In this document: piece by piece, positions 1 to 14,060 of the stretch | Layout: every line of letters starts with the position of its first letter | How positions within the stretch are numbered: position 1 is the stretch's first letter | Source of the DNA: Hypanus sabinus | Lineage: Eukaryota | Direction: 5' to 3' | Assembly (NCBI RefSeq): GCF_030144855.1 | Contig: NC_082725.1 | Span: forward strand, 13,268,001-13,332,000 | Length of the DNA: 64,000 nt | Translations under genes and position numbers: made by a program | The notes under the pieces: model-generated | Seen by the model: only the letters and a program-made list of their open reading frames with translations | Told to the model about the DNA's origin: nothing | Database searches by the model: none

Positions 1-228
1 CACACATGCGCACCGGGCAGAAAGAACAGAACTAAAACCCCTCAACCCGGAAACAATCTCTCAACAGTATTTGTGTATTTATTTTTCTTTTTTTTTTGCG
101 GGATCTACTGGGAAAGTCTCAAAGATCGACCAGTCCCCAACGGGTTGGAGACCACCACTTTACATGCTTCCACAAATGTTTCCACTGTATGAAAATAAAA
201 TCAAAGTTTATTAAAGCAAATTACTCAC

Positions 229-324
229 TCTGAAAATGCCGATGTCAACATCTTCAAACTTTGCAGCAACAGATGTTCCAGCACAGTTTATCAGCATGTC
301 CACTGGCCCCAGCTTCTCCTGTGC
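229..324 (-). CDS. KDSR: KDSR exon 5 (3-ketodihydrosphingosine reductase); gene continues beyond the window start
   Basis: 96 bp, AG acceptor and GTGAGT donor. Translates AQEKLGPVDMLINCAGTSVAAKFEDVDIGIFR, including the SDR NCAG motif. Confidence 0.96.
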
Positions 325-879
325 CTTGAGAGTTAAATTTTATATTAATGTCTGAGCAGAACAAAAGTTCAATTGGAAAAAATATACAATTTCTCTGAAC
401 AGCTTAGTTGAAGCTTTTCAAATAGGAAGGCATAACTAAACTAACAAAAAAAAACTACTGGTAGAATTGTGTAGGGTCAAGGCTTTCTCCAGATTCCAAC
501 ATCTGTAGTTTCTCCTATCTCCATCAAAACATTGTTGACAAGTACTCTACCTGGAGTTTAAAAATGTCACAGTAACTTAGTTAAAAACACAAAACTACGG
601 CATTACATATTTAAAGCAGAAAGCGTTTAAAATTTGTTCTTTTGGATGGAAAAATGAGGCAGAACAGCTAATTTTATATTGACTCCAGTTGGCTTCTAAG
701 TACATTCTTTAACATGTACTTCACAATTCTTAGAACAGCTCTGTTTCAAACATGTACAAAACAGGCAAAACAAGACTTAGACATTGTGAGCAATGTACAA
801 TGATAATATTACGCAAGTTTGTCATTGACATTATAAATGGATAAACATTAGTTTGCCTTTTTCTAGCAAAGTACACGAG

Positions 880-1266
880 GAGGAATTCTTATTGAAAACT
901 ATCGGATATTGAAAGACAGAGACAGAGCGGATGTGAAGGTGACTTTTCCTATAGTGGAAGAGGCTAGGTCCAGAGGACACAACCTCTGAATCAAAGAATG
1001 CCCCTTTAGAAAAAGAGAGAAGGAATCTCTGTAGCCAGTGAGTGGTGAATCTGTGGAAATCATTGCCACAGGCGGCTGTGGAGGCCAAGTCACAGAATAT
1101 AATAAAAGTGGAGGTTGCTGGGTTTTTGATTAGTAAGGGTGTCAAAGGTTACAGGGAGAAGGCAAGAGAATGGGGTTGACAGATACAATAGATCAGCCTT
1201 GATGGAATGGCGGAACAGACTGCGTGTGCCAAATGGTCCACTTCTGCTCTGATGCCTTATGGTCTT
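880..1266 (+). mobile_element. CR1-type LINE 3' fragment
   Basis: Degenerate C-terminal ORF2 (..RVVNLWNSLP-like) and TTCTGCTC..TATGGTCT 3' end. Same family at 31845-32410 (+). Confidence 0.8.
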
Positions 1267-1289
1267 GTTTGTTTGTTTATTTGTTTATT

Positions 1290-1545
1290 TATTAAGATAC
1301 ATCGTAGTGTAGGCCCTTCTAGTCACGCCACCCAGCAACCCCTGATTTAACCCCAGCTAAATCACGGAACAATTTACAAGTACCAATTAGTCTACTAACT
1401 GGTATGCCTTTGGACTGTGGGAGGAAACCAGAGCACCCAGAGGAAACCCATGCATTCACAGGGAGAATGTACAAACTCCTCACAGACAGTGGCAGGAATC
1501 GAACCCAGGTTGTTGGGACTGTAACGCGTTGTGTTACCATGCTGC
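1290..1545 (-). mobile_element. tRNA-derived V-SINE (HE1-like); further copies at about 6021-6315 (+), 7345-7510 (-), 10955-11210 (+), 12380-12680 (+), 21050-21270 (-), 29400-29668 (-), 36675-36890 (-)
   Basis: Pol III A/B-box head plus the conserved GGGTTTCCTC.GGGTGCTC.GGTTTCCTCCCACAGTCCAAAG domain. Confidence 0.8.
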
Positions 1546-2799
1546 TCCTTACAGTTATTCCATTTGCAAAAGTTGTAACACCCTTTGTCAGAAGTAAGAA
1601 AAAAAACTAATACAAGTAGCACAGAAGGTAGGGAAAATTGAATCGGACAAATAGGACAAAAGAACCATTCTGAAGGAGTGAAGCCAGGGTTGCCATGGAT
1701 TTAAGGTGAGGGAATCTAGTCTATATGTTAATGAGGATAGAGGAATAACAAGAAGAATACAAGTAAGAATGCTGTGAAATCAGAAGTTACAGTGAGGAAA
1801 AACAATATAAGCAGACGAACAGAAAAGCAGAAATAGAGAGCTGTGTGAAATACCCAGAATGCCAGGCTATGGCAATTAGGACAGAAACAAGGAGCCAACC
1901 TCAGGGAACTGGTCAGTTCTAATACAGAGAATGAGAAATACCTGAAGGTATAGAATTCAGAGCTATGTCATACTTAAATAAAAAACATTATTCCTCAGGC
2001 TTTCATTACAATAGGCCACAGGCAGATAAGGTGGAGTAGGAATGGGATGGAGATACGAAATGGCGGGCAGCAGGGGAGCTCGGCCTTGTTTCTGTATAGT
2101 GCACACTGGTCGATCACATAGCAGCTTTAGAAAAGTGCATTTTACAATTCCATGCATTTGTCTGTAAAATTGCATGTGATAAGGACAGATTAAGCAAACG
2201 AGAGCTTTTGTCTTTGGAGCAAAAGAGAATGAGATATGAAGGTGATAATGGTGTACAAGATGATAAAAGACCGATTGTGTGGAAAGAGACTTTTTCCTAG
2301 GGCGGAAAGAGCTAATACAAGGGGGCTTGATTTTAAGGGGATGGAGAGAATGTTACAGACGATTTTTAAAAAATATACACAGAGTAGTGAGTGTATGGAA
2401 TACCCTGCTGGGGTGGCGGTAGAGGCAGGTATATTAGAGATACATTTAAGAAACTCTTGGATAGGCATACGCTTGATAGAAAAATGGAGGGCTTTGTAGG
2501 ATGGAGGGGTTAGATAGATTAGCTGGAGTAGGCACAACATTATGGGCCGAAGGGCTGTATATTCTAAAACCTACAAATCAGAATGATAGATGAGACGGAG
2601 CAAAGATGATGAGTCAATCGGCCTAAGTCTGCTTCTGTGTCTCATGGTCTAAATTACAACAACAAATCTTTCAATTTAAAAAAAACCTTTACTTTGCAAC
2701 ATAAGTAATTTAACTGAGTGTTCAACAAATTTAAAAAAATCAAAAGGCAACCACGAAGGCTGTCAGTGAATCTAGAAATCATTTGCATTTTCACAGTGT

Positions 2800-3240
2800 T
2801 GATGCCTTTACACTTCCAAGAGGGCCTCAGCCGTGCCAAAGGGTTTGGAAGCTTGCGTGCCTCAATAACCCAGAAGGAGCTCTGTTGGCTGGAGTCAGGG
2901 CTTTATGCTTTGGCTCTTGGTAGGGTTGCCCATGCCAAGCAGGTCAAAGGGTAGAGGCCAGACTGAGTGTGGTCCACCGGTCCTCCAAGTTCAGGGGCTC
3001 AGCTCAGGGCTAACAAACCTGATTGGCAAAACAAAACTGTTATGGAAACAGCAATGAAGAATCATTCTACACCTGGGTGTGACAATATTCTGGAGTCTTC
3101 ACCCAGGACTTGTGTGACTGATAGTAGTGAAAACCGAGAAGAAGCTACCAACGTGATGAAGGAAGCCCTGAACATCAGCAGGTATGGAGGACCTTCATTG
3201 TTGCCCTAAACACCAACAGTGAGCGCGATGCAACAACAGG
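2800..3240 (+). mobile_element. Non-autonomous RTE/Expander-like element; homologue at about 38030-38430 (+)
   Basis: The two copies share TGGCTCTTGGTAGGGT..CCCATGCCAA.CAGGTC.AAGGG and AAAA.TGTTATGGAAACAGCAATGAAGAATC. Confidence 0.65.
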
Positions 3241-3331
3241 TCAAAACCAAATGAGGACACAAGATACAAAAGGAATCTCGTAGATGTGCTTCGTATCGTT
3301 GAGCGAGGGGAAAAGAAAGCAACACACGTAC

Positions 3332-3397
3332 TTGTTTTATCACACTCTGCACTTGTCCATAGCCTTTTGAGACATCAACCGATATGCATAAAACCAC
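3332..3397 (-). CDS. KDSR: KDSR exon 4
   Basis: 66 bp, CAG acceptor and GTACGT donor. Translates VVLCISVDVSKGYGQVQSVIKQ. Confidence 0.96.
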
Positions 3398-4315
3398 CTG
3401 TGAAACAAATCAGAGTCTTCACCATCAAACATGCATTGATCAACACAGCCGAAGCATCAATGAGGACAGAACTGCACAAGTACCTCCCTAAAGATTCGCA
3501 CAATGGAAACTGGAACTACACAATGAAATCGATTCTTCGGACGAGGAGGAGACAGCAAGTGAGTGCAGGGGTTTAAAAAAAAAGACTGGGAACAGGCACA
3601 GGGATCACTAGGGAGGAGACTACGATGTATGACAAAGAAATGATGTGCACATAATCACAAGCAAGGGAAAATAAAACGCTACAGGACACAATGCAGAGCG
3701 AGACAGAAATGCAAGAGTGAGACAGGGGTGGGGTGGTGAAGAGGAAAAGCCACTCTTGCTCAATGATAGCTCGTCTATCTCTGGGCAAAGTACGGGAAGA
3801 GATGCAAATCTTCACATCCCCCACCCCCCCAAAAAAAAGCACAAGAAAGAAAGTGCAATACTGACTGAATATCCAAAGAGAACTCATCAGCATACCCAGA
3901 AAATTTAAAGTGAATATGCCCCACTTCCAGTCACTCAGCCGATTACATGGTGACAGCCTGCAGAAATAAAAACTAAGAACCAATCTGGTAGAAATACTTG
4001 TGCTATGGATGGTTAGTATTTAATGAGGTTTTAAAACCAGCATTTAGAAAGCAATTTTTTTAAGCTTTACAGTTATTTTGCCAGAAACCAAATTATTTTC
4101 TTATTGGCAGAGCGATGCAATTTATCTTGCCAAAATAAAAGCTCTCTCATTCCCCAATCACATGTGAACTGCTCTCTTTCAATAAAATGTCAGTGAACAA
4201 AGAAGCTACTTAGAAATACAAGGGTAACATTTAAATCACAATAGCTCTACACCCATACACACAAAATGCTCTGGTAAAAAGCACGCACATAACTTAACAA
4301 CTCTTCTACGCCCAC

Positions 4316-4372
4316 CTGTTTATCATTAATTGAATATTTCTCAATTTCCTTCTTTGCTCGCAGCAGCTTGGT
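4316..4372 (-). CDS. KDSR: KDSR exon 3
   Basis: 57 bp, CAG acceptor and GTGGG donor. Translates TKLLRAKKEIEKYSINDKQ. Confidence 0.95.
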
Positions 4373-4789
4373 CTGTAAGATAAAAAACAATCAAACCACA
4401 AAACTACATAAACACAAAAGACTCTACAGATGCTTGAAATCCAGAGTAGCACATACAATGAGCTGGAGGTCAGGCAGCATCTATGATCAAGAATAAAGAG
4501 CTGGTTTTTGGGCCGAGGACCTCGATTAAGGGTCAGCTCTTAATTCCTCTCCATAAATCCTGCCTGATCTGTTGAGTTCCTCCGGCATTTTTTGGGTGTT
4601 AAACCACACAACTATTTGCAGATACGACAGGGTCTTTGAAAAGACACTTGGATAGGTACATGGAGCTTAGCAAAATAGAGGTCTATGGATAACCCTAGGT
4701 GATTTCTAAACTAAGTACATGTTCGGCATAGCATTGTGGGCCGAAGGGCCTCTATTGTGCTGTGGGTTTTCAATGTTAACTATATTTTT

Positions 4790-5775
4790 AGAACTGTACT
4801 CACCCCATCTTCCCCCCCCCCCCGCCTTACCAGTGATAGGGCTCCTCTTGTCCTCAAATCACACCTCGTGACCTCTGTATCTCGCATGTTATTCTCTGTA
4901 ACTTCCACCATCTTCAACAGGATCCTACCACCAAACATGTCTTTACCCCCCCCCCCCCCATCCAACTCTCTGCTTTCTACAGGGATCACTCTCTCCCTGA
5001 TTCCCTTTGGCCAGTCATCCCTCCCCACCAATCTCCCTCCCTGCAGGTGTCAGAAATGCTACACCTGCCCATTCGCCAACTCCCTTACCTCCATTCAGGA
5101 CCCCAAACAGTCCTTTCTGGTGAGGCAACGCTTCACTTCCGAATCTGTTGGGACATCAGTTGTATCCGGTGCTCCTGATGTGGCCCCCTGTACATTGCTG
5201 AGACTGAAGTAAATTGGGGTGGGGTGGGGGGACCGTTTTGTTGAACTCGGCTCCATCCGCCAAAAGCCAAGATTTCTGGTGGCCAACCATTTTAATTCCC
5301 ATCTCCATTTTCATTCTGACATGAGGGTCCATTGCCACGAAGAGGCCATTGAGCACAGAGGAGTAACACATCATATTCCAACTAAGAAGCCGCCAACCTG
5401 ATGGAATGAATATTGATTTCTCCTTCCAGTAATTGTTTCCTTCCTCTTCACTCTTCTACTCCCCACTCCGGCCTTTTACCTCTTTTTCTCACCTGCCTAT
5501 CACCTCCCCTAGTGCCCCTTCTTCCCTTTCTCCTCTCCTATTAGATTCCTTCCTCACCAGCCCTTGACCTTTCCCACTCACCTGACTTCACCTATCATCT
5601 TCCAGTTTGTCCTCCTTTCCATCCACCCACCTTAAACTGGCATCTTCCCCCTTCCCTTCTTGACCTGATGAAGTTCTCGGTCCGAAACATTGACAGTTAA
5701 TTCCTTTCTATAAATGCTGCCTTACCTGCTGAGTTTTGCCAGCATATTCTGTGTGTGTTTTTCATCTGGATTTTT
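4790..5775 (+). mobile_element. Penelope-like element 3' part (GIY-YIG endonuclease remnant) with a hammerhead-like tail
   Basis: CQKCYTCP...KQSFLVRQRFT and GDRFVE...VANHFNS..HS; pyrimidine-rich tail; CTGATGA...GAAAC at 5665-5688. Confidence 0.8.
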
Positions 5776-8451
5776 TTTTTTTATCAGGCACTTAGTAAAT
5801 TTTGGTGACATCATATGTTCTAATAGAAGTACAAACCTGTTCCCGAAGTTTAAGTGTATTCCAAGCCACTGGTGATCCAACTGAACTGTTTTGGTCAACA
5901 ACCTCAAAGGGGATCATTTTAAGCCCCTGACTTAAGCAACTTGGAGACTTGGACGTGCAGATATAACTAAAAGGAAAAGGTTCTCCTCTTTTACAAAATA
6001 GTTACCGATAGTGCAGGAGGGTGGCATGGGAGCTTGGCGGTTAGTGTAATGCTCTACATGGCCAGTGATTGGGGTACAATTCCCGCGGCTGTAAGGAGTT
6101 TGCATGTTCTCCCCATTAGCACCTGTGTTTCCTCCTGGTGCTTCAGTTTCCTCCCATGTTCCAACGAAGTATGCTTTGGGTTAGTAAGTTGTGGGCATAC
6201 TACACTGGCAATGGAAACTGTCTCTGGCACATAATCGCACTGTGTTGATCGTTGATGTAAATGATGCATTTCACTGTACATTTCAACGTACATGTAACAA
6301 ATAAAGCTAATCTTTATTCCCAAAAAAACACCATTCCAAACTGATAACTTGTCCCTACTTGTAAAGGGGAATTGGAAACTCTGAATAACCATATGAATGC
6401 TCTTCCATTTTTATCCCCAATTAATTTCTTAAAAGTTATTTTTACCCCTGCAACTGCACAAATTCTTAAATCCAAGTTACTCCATCTCAACAACAACCAG
6501 CATCTAACACAGGCTAAGAAAATGCTTTCAATAGAACTAAAAACACATTGAAAATGCTTTCAATTTACATACAACTTTTAATGTGGGAATGGTGCTAAAC
6601 TACTACAGAAATTTCTTGGGGGAAAAAAGGAAATGAAAAGCTTAAAAGACGTATGGATTAGTAGGTTAATTGGTCACATGGGTGCAATTGAGTGCCATGG
6701 GCTTGAGGCGGGAAAGGACTGTTATAGGTTTTTATCTCTAAATAAAATTAATAAAATTTTACTACGGGTGGCATCTATCATTAAGGACCCCCGCTACCTA
6801 GAACATGCCCTCTTCTCATTACTACCATCAGGGAGGAGGTACAGGCGCCTGAAGGCACACACTCAATGATTCAGGAACAGCTTCTTACCCTTAGCCAAAG
6901 TCCTAAATGGACTTTGAACCCATAAGCACTTACCGCACTGCTTTCTTTTTCTCGTTTAGCACTACTTAAAATTTAAATGATTAGAAAATTTGACTGATCT
7001 TAAAAATGGTATGAAAAATTGTATAAATTAATGCATCTTCCAATGGCAGTGCTCAAGAAGGTGGGATCTGTTGACACACTCGGTATTTAGGAACAGCTTC
7101 TTCCCCTCTGCTATCAGATCTCCGAACAGTCTATAAACACTGTTCACTATTCCACTATTTACTTACTTCCTGCTCCCTCCCCTCTTTCTTCTCTTTTTCC
7201 CCCAAATCATGATTCCCCTCTCTCTGACCCTTTCCCACTCTCAGTCCACAATAGAGACCCACATCAGAATCAGGTTTATTATCACTCACGTCATGAAATT
7301 GTGGCAGCAGTAGAGTTTTATGCATATTATGTGCCCAAGACTTTTGCACAGTAATGCACATCTTTGGAATGTGGGAGGAAACCAGAGTACCTAAAAAGGA
7401 AGCCCACACGATCACAAGCAGAACAAACAAACTCCTTGGACAGAAATCAAACTCAGATTGATGATTCCTGGCACTGTAGAGCAATTGTGCTAACAGCTAT
7501 ACTACCGTGTCAAAACAACGGAAGTTTGACGTGTTAATTTCTCTACATTCATTATCAAAACAGAAGGATCCATGACATCCTGTGACATCACACCACTCTG
7601 GTAACGGTAGTGTAATGTCCAACTGCTCTGTCCAGGGTACTGCTGTCCTTTTGCTATCCTTAAAGTTTCAGTAACATATACTAGATTAATGTACAGTCAG
7701 CTCACAAATTAGGACAGGATTCCATTTCTGTGACCTGCTCTCAGGTCTGAAAAGAACAAAGGGCGTGAAACAGCTGTGACACAACACCAAGCAGGAGGGT
7801 GATGGCAGCCCACCTCACTGACTTGTTGAGCTAGAGAGCGACTCTGCTCAGTGCTCCCAGCAAACCCAGCCCCAAATTGTTGCAACCCAGTGGGGAAAAG
7901 GGGGAAAGAGACAAGGTAAAGCACAGAGAAATGCCTCATCCTCATCTGTAAATACATTTTAAGAAATGGAGCAAAAATCAAAATGACCTGTTCACATTCA
8001 AAGATTTTACCCATAACATAGGAAGACTTCTACTAAATTCAAACATGCAAAATTTCTACTCACCCCACTTTAATAGAAACTCAATTTTAAAAGAATAAAG
8101 AGAGTTAGAGACAACCAGGGAGTGACACATTTATCGCTTATTTCGCATTTGGGACGCTTATTTTGTTATTTTCACTCTATCGCTAATTTAGTTTCAGAAG
8201 GAAAAAAAATGCTGTTATATTGTTCGTCATTGGCTTCGTAATAAAGGATTGAAAGTACTTTTTTTGACTTGGAATTTAGTTATTTTTGGTAGTGTCAACC
8301 TCCTCAGTCAATCTCTCAGCAGTTTTGGTTTGTTTTCAAGTAACCTCTACAGATTCACTCAACACAAGTATGTTGTACTAAAATCATACTACAAGATCAA
8401 TTAAAATTTAGCAACTGGGCACGCGGCTATTAACTGTGTTCCATCACGTAC

Positions 8452-8541
8452 CTCATCCCGAGCCACCAAAGTTATAAAAGCGCCATGCTTGAAGCATTCA
8501 ATGGCAATGCTTTTACCGATACCACTTGACCCTCCAGTTAC
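8452..8541 (-). CDS. KDSR: KDSR exon 2
   Basis: 90 bp, AAG acceptor and GTACGT donor. Translates [30 protein letters not shown], with the Rossmann TGxxxGIG motif. Confidence 0.97.
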
Positions 8542-8719
8542 CTTTAAAAAGATAAGAAAAGTTACAAAATTATTTTACTTTCATACTTCAGAGTAGTCAC
8601 CCTACATTCTTGCTAGAACATCTCTCCAACAAATCTGGTCAGTTCCATTTGCTGCTCGTAGGATCTTGCAGCCACATTTCCTCAGTATGTGAGAACGCAA
8701 CACAAGTGTGAGTGGCAGG

Positions 8720-9300
8720 CAAGAGATTCTGCAGATGCTGAAGATCTTGAGCAACACAAGCACACACAAAATGCTGGAGGAGCCCATCGAGCACTCATTC
8801 CCCTCCACCGATGCCCGACCTGCCGAGTTCCTCCAGCATTTTGTTTTGTGCAAGTGTAAATCTTTCTCCAACCACCAAGTGATCTTTCATGGTCTTTAAA
8901 ATTCTAGTCCAAAGAAGAAGGACGGAACTTCTAAAAGTTTAACACATTGGAATTAGTTACCAACACTTTACATGCATTTGCTTTCATTTCACCTTCACTA
9001 CCATTTTCCTTTTTGGCAAAATAAACTTATGTATTGTGAGTCCTGACGAAGGGTCTTGTCCCAAAACATCGACAGTGCTTCTCCTGGCTGCCTGGCCTGC
9101 TGCGTTCCACCAGCATTTTGTGTGTGTTGCTTGAACTTCCAGCATCTGCAGATTTCCTCGTGTTTGCTTGTGTATTTCTTACTTTCATAGCAAAAATATA
9201 TTCTAGAATAAGCACAAGAGATTATACAGATGCTGGAATCTTGAGGTTCACACACAAAATGATGGAAGAACTCAACAGATCAGGCAGCATCTGTGGAGGT
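8720..9300. repeat. Cluster of Penelope-terminus-derived palindromic repeats (related copies at about 4410-4600, 9650-9845, 40610-40710, 49490-49710, 51430-51740, 63860-64000)
   Basis: Shared CACACAAAATGCTGGAGGAACTCAGC and CTGACGAAGGGTCT..CCCRAAAC motifs in both orientations. Confidence 0.75.
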
Positions 9301-11299
9301 ACGAGAGCCTTAGGTCCCAAATCACAAGGTTTGGGAACAGTTGGTACCCTTCAACGATCAAACATGAATAACTTCACTCAGCTCAACACTGAACTGATTC
9401 CACAACCTTTTATTTCCCCTCACTTTCAAGTTCTCTGCAACTCATGGTCTCCATATTTATTATTTGTGTTGGCACAGTTTGCCTTTTTTTGCACATTGGT
9501 TGTTTGTCAGTCCTTGTGTTCAGTTTCTCATTGATTCTATTGTATTTCTTTGTTCTACTTTGAATGCCTGCAAGAAAATGAATCTCAAGGTAGTACATGG
9601 TGACATACACGCACTTTGAAAATAAATTTACTTACAACTTTTGAGAGAAATAAACAGTTGATGTTTTGGGCTGAGACCCTTCATCCACGGGAAGCAGTAC
9701 AAGTTGGCAGGTGATAGGGAAGGAGGGAAGGGGTGGGGGGTGAAGGAGCTGGTAGGTGATAGCTGGAAAAGGTAAAGGCTCAAGGAGGAATTCGATGTGA
9801 GGCCAGAGAACCATAGGAGAAGGAGAGGGAGGAGGGGCATCTAAAGCATGAAGGAGTGTTACTTCTGTGGTCAGCAGATTTGATACAAGCTCACCAACCA
9901 ATTAAGGTATAAGCACGATATTAGAAAGGAGTTACCCGAAAGCAGTGGAAGAGATATTTGTGCAAAAGTTTCAATCTAGAAATGATTTCTTATTTTAGGT
10001 GGGGAGAAGCTGAACAGAAGGGGGGGGGGGAAGAAATTGCCTGCAATACACATATTCCAAAACAAAAACAACCACTGCATGATTGATAGAATACATTAAA
10101 CAAAAAAGAATCAAATTCAAGATAAAGAATGGCAAAACAGATGCTGGAAGTGGTCCAGTGCTACCTCAACTAACACCCGATTTTGATCTTAGGAATGGGG
10201 TAAAGGAAGATGCCAGTGATTATAATCAGAAGAATCGAACCACAGCCCAGCTCAAACTGTTGGAAAATGTATTGGCAAACAGAGTGGGTTCGAGTTGCAT
10301 GTGGAGTAGACAACATCTGTGAACCAGAAGTGTTAGAGCACCAATGAAGAGTTAAATATTTTTTATATATTCAGACCATGGCACTACTAATGAGGTGCAC
10401 TGTGCGAAGTTATAGGCTGTAGAGATATCAGAAACACCATTGTAAGGCAATGCCAATCCCAAAAGGGATCCCACAACAAAAGCACAAAATGTTGAAACTA
10501 ATTATCAGGTCAGACGGCATTTATGGAGACTGAACACCAGCAATTTTGTGTTAGAAATGGAAAAGGATGAAATATAGATGCAGGAAATATTGGCAGGGGT
10601 GAGGTGGGAAGGAAGTGAAACTCAAACAGAAAGGAATGCTGTGATAGAGCCCAGTTCTAGAGAGATTAAGATGGAAGCAATGACGGTGCAAACTGAAGAG
10701 ATTAATACCGGGGCAAATCAAGAAATGAAAGAGTGCAGTAGTAGGATTACAAACCACTGAAAGCACTGTTAACCGCGGGTCTAAGGGGCTATTGGCGCAA
10801 TGAAGTTTGATGCAGCCGCTTGCAAGAACTTGGTGGGGTAGAACCATTCAGGGGCTCTTCTGCTACTGGAGAGGGAGAGACTAGGTTTTGTGAGGAAGCT
10901 TCTCAATTATTGTGGTGGTATACCACTGCATGGGGTTGCATGGGGCAGTGAGGAAGTGTGGTGGTTAGCACAATGCTTTACAGTACAGCTGACCTGGGTT
11001 CAATTCCCACTGTTGCCTGTAAGGAGTTCGTACGTGCTCCCTGTGAGTCTCCTCTGGGCGTTCTGCTTTCCTCCTACAGTCCAAAGATGTACCAGTTGGT
11101 AGGTTAATTGGTCATTGTAAATTAGCCCATGATTAGGCTAGGGTTAAGTTGGTGGGCTGCTCCTTGGCATGGTTGGAAGGGCCAGAATACAGTGTCTCAA
11201 TAAAAATAAAATGAGTGCTATTGATGTGTAGCAATGTAATAGAAAAGTCTTGAGAGCATTGACTATGAGTGTAAAGAATAAAAAGGAATGATACACAAG

Positions 11300-11690
11300 A
11301 ACATAAGAAATAGGAGCAGGAGTCGGCCATCTGGCATGTCGAGCCTGCTTCAGCATTCATTAAGATCATGCCTGATCTGGCCATGGACTCATCTCCACCT
11401 ACCTGCCTTTTCCCCATAACCTTTAATTCCCTTACTATGTAAAAATCTTGTCTTAAATATATTCACTGAGGTAGCTTCCACTGCTTCATTGGGTAGAGAA
11501 TTCCAGACTCACCACTTTTGGGAAAAGCAGTTCCTCCTCATCTCCATCCTATCTCTACTCCCCTGATTCCTGAGGTATCCCCTAGTTCTAGTCTTACCTA
11601 CCAGTGGAAACAACTTTCCTGCCTCTATCTTATTTAGCTCTTTCATTATTTTGTATGTTTCTATAAGATCTCCTCTCATTCTCATATGGT
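11300..11690 (-). mobile_element. CR1-type LINE 3' fragment; closely related copy at 39735-40210 (-)
   Basis: RMRGDLIETYKIMK..IEAGKLFPLVG.TRTRG occurs in both copies. Confidence 0.85.
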
Positions 11691-14060
11691 TTATCTTTAT
11701 AAATACTGATAACCGTGGTGGTGGCATCCGTCAGTCTCGAGGGATCATGGATCTGCGCCTGGAGTTTCCAGGGCGCAGGCCTGGGCAGGGTTGTATGGGA
11801 GACGGCAGTTGCCCAAGCTGCAGGCCTTCCCCTCTCCACGCCACCGATGTTGTCCAAAGGAAGGACACTAGGACCTATGCAGCTTGGCACCAGTGACGTC
11901 GCAGAGCAATGACACAAACACGCTGCCTCAGCTGTCTCGAACCAGTGACCTTCAGGTTACTAGTCTGATGCCTTCCCCACTAGGCCATGCGCCAACACAA
12001 AATAAACTTTATTCATAATAAGAAGTGCCTATTGACAGCTGGGAGTTGTTCATTAAACCATATGGTGAACACACGTGTAGGATGGGGAACTGAATGGACA
12101 TCCAATAGAAGCTCAGCATCGTGCTCTTGACTAAAGAGCCGAAGCAAAACCGCCAAACCACATTCAATCTTCGCAATGCAGCAGAAAATTCATGTAGAGC
12201 AGCAAATTAAGGATGCTTCCCACAGCATTTTAAATTTAGATTACTTAATGAAGCAGAAATTACCTGTAGCACTTTGAATTTAATCTCTGCTTTATCAGGA
12301 ACATGGGACAGGACCAGAAGATGTAGGAACAGAATTCAAAAGCATGGGTCTCAATGCTTAGGATGGGATCATAGCGATAGGTGACACAGTACCGCAATGG
12401 TGAGCGCGACGCTGTACCGCAGTGGTGAGCGCGACGCTGTTACAGCTCCGATGTTCTGGCGTTCAGTGCCCAATTCCAGTGCCATCTGTATGGATTCTGT
12501 ACGTCCTCCCTGTGGAATGCCTGGGTTTCCCCCAGGTACTCTGGTTTCCTCCCACAGTCCAAAGATGTACTGGGTAGGTAGAACGGTCATGTTAAATTAT
12601 CCTGTGATTACATTTGTCGGGGGATGCCAGGGTGGCATGGCTCAAAGGTCTGGAAGGGCCTACTCCATTAGTAAATAAATAAATGGTGTTGAAAAGTGCC
12701 AAAGGATGGGGGGGGGGGTGCGGGATGGGGGAAAACAGACACTGAAGACAAGGAGAAGCAGAAACAACTGTAGACCTGGGAGGGGAGAGAGGAAGAGGTA
12801 AGAGCAGGGAAGGGGGAAATTAAATAGCCTCATTGTGCAGGCTCTATCAAAACAGTGCAAGGGAAGCTTTTGCCAGAAAGAAAAGGACAGAAGTACAGAG
12901 ACATGGGAAAGGGGTCAAAGACATTGGGTTGGGGAGGTGGGGTCATAGCCAGACAGAGTGAGATCACAGGCTGTTATCTAATTTACTGTTATTGACTTGA
13001 GAGTCCAAATTCTCTTTATTACATAATCATGAGGAATTCAGGTGGAATTAGCAACAAGAAGCATGAAAGCAAGCAGTATAGTGCAGTGATTAACTGCCAT
13101 TGCCTTGTTGCTCTAAAGACTCTGGTTCAAACCCCACACTGTGCTGTCTGTGTGCAATTTTCTACCAACTCCCTGTCTTTAGTTAGGGAGCACCATAACA
13201 TCTGATGGTACAGCTGACATCAACATTAGGAGGAAGATTGGGGTCGCTAAATGCATGTTTAAGCATTTGAGCAAGATACTGAAGAATAACACCATTTCTA
13301 AGGGTAGGAAACTCAAAGTGTCACAGTGCTACATTCATTCCACACTAACATCTGGAAGCGAATGATGGACAATATCAGAGCTAAATGAGGGAAGACTCGA
13401 AGCTGCGGAGATGAGATGAAGGAAGGAAGGACAGAGTAACAAATGAAGAAGTGTTGTGAAAAGTCAGAATAAGAGCTGATACCATGAAGCAGGAAATGGC
13501 AGCTAGAATTTCTGAGACGTACTGAGGAAAGAGAAGCTCGAACATCTTGCGGTGATGGGAAAAACTGAGGGATGAAAAAGTCACGGTCAACAGCACATGA
13601 CATTCATGAATTACATCAAAGGATGGACAGGCTGAAGTTTTGAAGAGGTTATCAGAACTTCTCAGATTAAAGACAGATGGAAGACCATGATTGACAGACA
13701 GGCATACTTTATTGATCCCGAGGAAAATTGGGTTTCGTTACAGCTGCACCAACCAAGAATAGTGTAGAAATTTAGCAACACAAAACCATAAATAATTAAA
13801 TAAGTTAATAAGAAGCTAATCATGCCAAGCCATACAGCATGCACATAATGATGATGATTCCTATATCTGCATGGCCTCTCCTTGGATTTTCAAGTTCCAG
13901 TTATCTCTCTATAATTGGATGTTTTTCGTATTTGCACAGTTTGTCTTGTTTTGCGCATTGCTTATTTGTAAGTTTTTGTTTGTGTGCAGTTTTTCATTGA
14001 TTCTATTGTATTTTTTGTTCTACTGTGAATGCCTGCAAGAAAATTAATCTCAGGGTGATA

